Positions 60,474-64,000 of a DNA stretch of 64,000 nucleotides are shown piece after piece; within the stretch, counting starts at the first letter, position 1, and each line of letters starts with the position of its first letter. Both the position numbers and the translations under genes were made by a program. The notes beneath the pieces were generated by a model. The model was given only the letters and a program-made list of their open reading frames with translations. It was not told the DNA's origin and did not search any database. The stretch is taken from positions 224,001-288,000 of the forward strand of contig JBBIPC010000001.1 in the NCBI GenBank assembly GCA_037443035.1, given 5' to 3'. This DNA comes from Chthonomonadales bacterium. GTDB lineage: Bacteria; Armatimonadota; Chthonomonadetes; Chthonomonadales; CAJBBX01.

Positions 60474-62953
60474 ATTTCGAACCCCTGTTGCTTGGCGGCC
60501 GCGGCTGCTGCGGCAAGAGCCGCCAGGAACTCCTCGTCAGTGGGTTTACGCTGCCGTAGGCGCGTCCGAGCTAGAGACATGAGCGAGCACGCCGGTCCAT
60601 CGTGACACGGCACAGCGCGTAGGATGAGGTTCGCGGCTCCCTGAAGATCTCCGTTGGTGAACAAGTGCGACGCACGCCGAATTAGAAGCTCTCGTTTCTT
60701 CGCGGCTAACGTGCCTTCCTTGCGGCGCTTGCGCCCCAAGGTGAGAATGCGCCGGACTACAGCTCCCTCGCGGTCCATGGGATCGGCAGTTAACAAGCGA
60801 TAGGTTTCCTCGTCTCCGAGGAGTGCCGCGATTGCGTTGGCTACCTGGCGCCTTGCCACCGCTGACGGCAATGCGGCCATCTTGTCGTACATAGACGGAA
60901 CAGCTTCGACGTGGCCGCACTGGGCGAGCGCAACGCAGACCCGGGTTACGAGGGCTGGATCGCTCTCTGCGGCCAGCAGACCCTCCAAGGCCTGGCCAGC
61001 CGATGGGTGGCCGATATCACCGAGCGCCTGGATGGCGGCAAGCCGCACGGACCGCTTCGGATCATTCAACGATTCGATCATCTCATGGAGAGCGGCTTCA
61101 CTGCGGCACTGTCCAAGTGCTTGGAGCACTGCCTCCAGCACATCTTCTTGCTCAGCTGCTCGAGCGGCACGGAGCACCTCAAGAAGATACGGCTCCGCTG
61201 CGGGACTCCCGATTCTTCCCAGGGACCGGATAGCAGCAACGCGTTCGGACCTCTCTCCCTCCAGGGCGACGTCGGCTAAATCCTGTATGGCTTCGGCTGC
61301 ACCCAGTCTGCCGAGGGCATCGGCGGCCTCTCGCACTATGCCCGACTCGGGCTGGTGAAGGATGGCCCGTAGCGCCGGCACGGCTGCCGGATCCCCAATC
61401 TCACCGAGAGCAACCGCCGCTGAACGTCGCACCCCCAGCGCTGGATCGGAAAGAGCGAGAACCAGCTCCTGCACTGCCAAGCCAGAACGCGCTTCGCTGA
61501 GCGCTGCAACCGCTTGCTGGCGTACTTCCTCGCTTCCTGCGTGTTGCAGTTGGCGTATCTGACGTAATGTTCTTACCCGAACGGCACCGAGGCGCTCCAG
61601 CACCTCCCGCGGTGTGGCACGAGCCGCCGCTGGTATGGACTGCAGCATAGGCAGCGTCAGCAAGCGGAGAGCTGAGTTGGTCGCGAAGAGAACATGGTAC
61701 GCACCAGCCGATGCCATCGCCCACGGCATGGAAGTAGAGCGCAGCACCTCTACCATCGCGCCACCAACCACCGGCGCAAGGCCGCCGGCGATTCCAGAAG
61801 CTGCTGAGAGAGCACCTACATAGAGACTGCGCCCTTCGGAGGGTGTGGTCTCGATGAGCATGTTGAACTGCAGCAGTCCCACTCCGCCCCACACAACGCC
61901 CCCGAAGAGGTTGTTCGCAATGAGGATGACAAGTGTCGTCGCGCGATGATCCGGGTTGCATGCCAACCAGGGCAAAGGCGTGAGGCTCACACCCACCACG
62001 GCCAGGGTCAGCAGAGGCTTGTTGCCAAACCGATCCGAGAGATAACCCCATAGAGGCATGGACATCAGTGCTGCGAGACTAGCCACGCCCCCCAGGATCT
62101 GCAGCCAGGTGTAGCTAAGGTGCAGGTCTTCCAGAGCGTACACGGTATAGAACGGAGCCGCAAAGAACTGCCCCACAGCGAAGAGACTGCCGAAGGCCAG
62201 GAGCTTGCGGAAGGTCGGATCCTGCAACGGCCGGCGGTAGAGACTCAGCGTCTGCAGCAGGTACTGACGCTGGACCTCCGCGTTGATTGCCATGGGCGGC
62301 TCTGGCTGGCGCAGTAGAAGGCAGAAGCCGACAACACCAAACACGACCGCTACGGCGAAGAGGGCCGCGAATGCCTGCGCCCGACCCACACCCATATCTG
62401 TGATTGCGTGATCGAGTAGCCATGCGGTCGGCAAGGACGCCACAAGGGAGGTCAGCCCGGCCAGCATGTTGCGACGACCAAAGTACCGTCCGCGATGATC
62501 AGCGGGGACGAGATCCGATAGCCAGGAGGTGAAAGCAGGAACCGGAACCTGGATCGCGACCGACGCGAGACCGAAGAGCACCACGAACGCGTACAGCCAG
62601 AGGTTATGCGGCACGACCCACGGAATGAAGAGGATGGGTAGCCAAAGAGAGCGAGAGACAAGCGAGAACCACGCGGTCAGACGCTTGCGCTCACCCGTGC
62701 GCTCGATCCAAAGTGACGAAAAGACCTGCACGAGAGCTGCGAACGTCGGTATGGCTCCGATGACGCCCATCCAGAAACTGCCAGCACCCAGGAACAGGGC
62801 GAATCCTGTCTGGAACGCGCCGCCCGTCAGCGAGGCATGAACAGTAGCAGTGACCGCCTCGATGTTGGAGATCCGTAGCGCACGAATGACCTCCATGCGC
62901 GACAAGGGTCGGCGTTCGTGGCGGGAAGGATGGTTGGCCGGCTGCTCGTCCAC
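60470..62953 (-). CDS. MFS transporter fused to a C-terminal HEAT-repeat domain
   Basis: RGRYFGRR and WGYLSDRFGNK MFS motifs; repeated VRR.AA.ALG.IG HEAT units; GTG start inferred. Confidence 0.88.
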   Translation of the reverse strand: MDEQPANHPSRHERRPLSRMEVIRALRISNIEAVTATVHASLTGGAFQTGFALFLGAGSFWMGVIGAIPTFAALVQVFSSLWIERTGERKRLTAWFSLVSRSLWLPILFIPWVVPHNLWLYAFVVLFGLASVAIQVPVPAFTSWLSDLVPADHRGRYFGRRNMLAGLTSLVASLPTAWLLDHAITDMGVGRAQAFAALFAVAVVFGVVGFCLLLRQPEPPMAINAEVQRQYLLQTLSLYRRPLQDPTFRKLLAFGSLFAVGQFFAAPFYTVYALEDLHLSYTWLQILGGVASLAALMSMPLWGYLSDRFGNKPLLTLAVVGVSLTPLPWLACNPDHRATTLVILIANNLFGGVVWGGVGLLQFNMLIETTPSEGRSLYVGALSAASGIAGGLAPVVGGAMVEVLRSTSMPWAMASAGAYHVLFATNSALRLLTLPMLQSIPAAARATPREVLERLGAVRVRTLRQIRQLQHAGSEEVRQQAVAALSEARSGLAVQELVLALSDPALGVRRSAAVALGEIGDPAAVPALRAILHQPESGIVREAADALGRLGAAEAIQDLADVALEGERSERVAAIRSLGRIGSPAAEPYLLEVLRAARAAEQEDVLEAVLQALGQCRSEAALHEMIESLNDPKRSVRLAAIQALGDIGHPSAGQALEGLLAAESDPALVTRVCVALAQCGHVEAVPSMYDKMAALPSAVARRQVANAIAALLGDEETYRLLTADPMDREGAVVRRILTLGRKRRKEGTLAAKKRELLIRRASHLFTNGDLQGAANLILRAVPCHDGPACSLMSLARTRLRQRKPTDEEFLAALAAAAAAAKQQGFEI

Positions 62954-62960
62954 GCCGGGA

Positions 62961-64000
62961 TCAGAAGACAAGGGGTTCCCTCCGTCCTGAGATCCCGACA
63001 AGAAGCCCGACGGAAGTCATCGAGACGATCATCGAGCTGCCACCATACGACACGAACGGCAGGGGCACGCCGGTGACTGGCAATATGCCCATGGTCATGC
63101 CGAGATTCACGAACGCATGGAAGCCGAGCATGGATAGTACTCCTGCTCCTACGAGCCGGCTCATCATGTCGTCGGTGGATGCAACCACGCACCATCCACG
63201 GAAGAGAAGCAAGGCGTAAATCGCTACGACCGCAACACTGGCGACGAAGCCGCCCTCTTCGGCGACGATCGTGAAGATGAAGTCTGTCTGTCGCTCAGGT
63301 ATGAACCTTCGGTGCGCTTGTGTCCCGCGTCCGAATCCCTTGCCCAGGACCCTCCCTGAGCCGATAGCGATCCTCGCCTGGCGTACTTGATAGCCGCTAC
63401 CTTGCGGGTCAGAGTCAGGGCGTGCGACGGCGACAATGCGCTGGACCTGATAGTCATGGATCAGTCCCAGCCGCCACATCACCCCGAACCACAGCAGCCC
63501 TACAATGGCGAATACCGCGAGATGCTGCCACCGCATGCCAGCTATGAACACCATGCCGAACCATATGGCCACTATGGCGAGACCCGTGCCGAGATCCGGT
63601 TGCCTGAGGATGAGCAGGACGGGAACCGCAATATGCAAGAGGGACTGCAGGAAGACGCGCGGGCTCTGAAGACGGTCCCGTCTAGCGGCCAAGAGCGTGG
63701 CCAGCGTGACAACAGTGAATAGCTTGGCGAACTCCGAGGGTTGGAAGCGCAGTGTCTCCGTACCAAACCAACGCACAGAACCCTTCGTCTCGTGACCGAA
63801 CAGCAAGACTGCGATGAGCAACCCGACGTTGAGTCCATACAGGTACTTGGACAGCCGGCCCACCCGCTCGCAGTCCACCAGCGCTCCGAGCAGGAAACCG
63901 ACCAGACCGATAGCCGACAGCAAGACCTGTCGCTTCAAGAAGCCTGGCATACCGTTGACTGCGATGCTTCCGAGCGCTGTCCATCCTATACCTATGGCGA
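62961..64000 (-). CDS. rodA: Rod shape-determining protein RodA (SEDS family), 5' end beyond the window
   Basis: FQPSEFAK, QPDLGT, AIGSG..GKG...GTQ, PE.QTDFIF, PVTGVPLPFVSYGGSS. Confidence 0.93.
   Translation of the reverse strand, partial: AIGIGWTALGSIAVNGMPGFLKRQVLLSAIGLVGFLLGALVDCERVGRLSKYLYGLNVGLLIAVLLFGHETKGSVRWFGTETLRFQPSEFAKLFTVVTLATLLAARRDRLQSPRVFLQSLLHIAVPVLLILRQPDLGTGLAIVAIWFGMVFIAGMRWQHLAVFAIVGLLWFGVMWRLGLIHDYQVQRIVAVARPDSDPQGSGYQVRQARIAIGSGRVLGKGFGRGTQAHRRFIPERQTDFIFTIVAEEGGFVASVAVVAIYALLLFRGWCVVASTDDMMSRLVGAGVLSMLGFHAFVNLGMTMGILPVTGVPLPFVSYGGSSMIVSMTSVGLLVGISGRREPLVF

Overview
A GC-rich bacterial chromosome segment, almost all of it housekeeping genes. It contains gcvPA/PB-lipoyl ligase, guaA-hpt-rho, dapB, priA, dnaK-dnaJ-hspR, purN/purH, kdsD-kdsC-miaA-hfq-dapF, cca, tyrS, trpB2, rodA and five tRNA genes. 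A Gram-positive-type DnaK, HspR and a split GcvP occur together with Kdo genes and outer-membrane-like proteins. This points to a diderm Terrabacteria lineage such as Armatimonadota (inference). The most notable element is a small secreted leader ORF (11884-12198) carrying HTH/HxCxxC metal ligands and a C-terminal RGPP ribosome-arrest-type motif. Its last codons are the exact 11-nt reverse complement of the Shine-Dalgarno region of the next gene, which heads an operon for a His-rich outer-membrane protein plus a Zn/Mn-type ABC importer. This is a candidate metal-sensing ribosome-stalling switch of the DUF2946/CruR/CutF type. Other points of interest are an orphan zf-HC2 anti-sigma factor paired with a 1098-aa repeat-containing barrel-like protein, a decayed islet after tRNA-Gly (Rrf2 with an in-frame amber codon and an NTPase/Sel1 chimera), a tRNA-Arg(GCG), a BshC-like unknown protein, and an acyl-ACP-reductase-like gene pair. 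No CRISPR array, transposase or integrase was seen. All calls come from motif recognition by eye; no database search was run.
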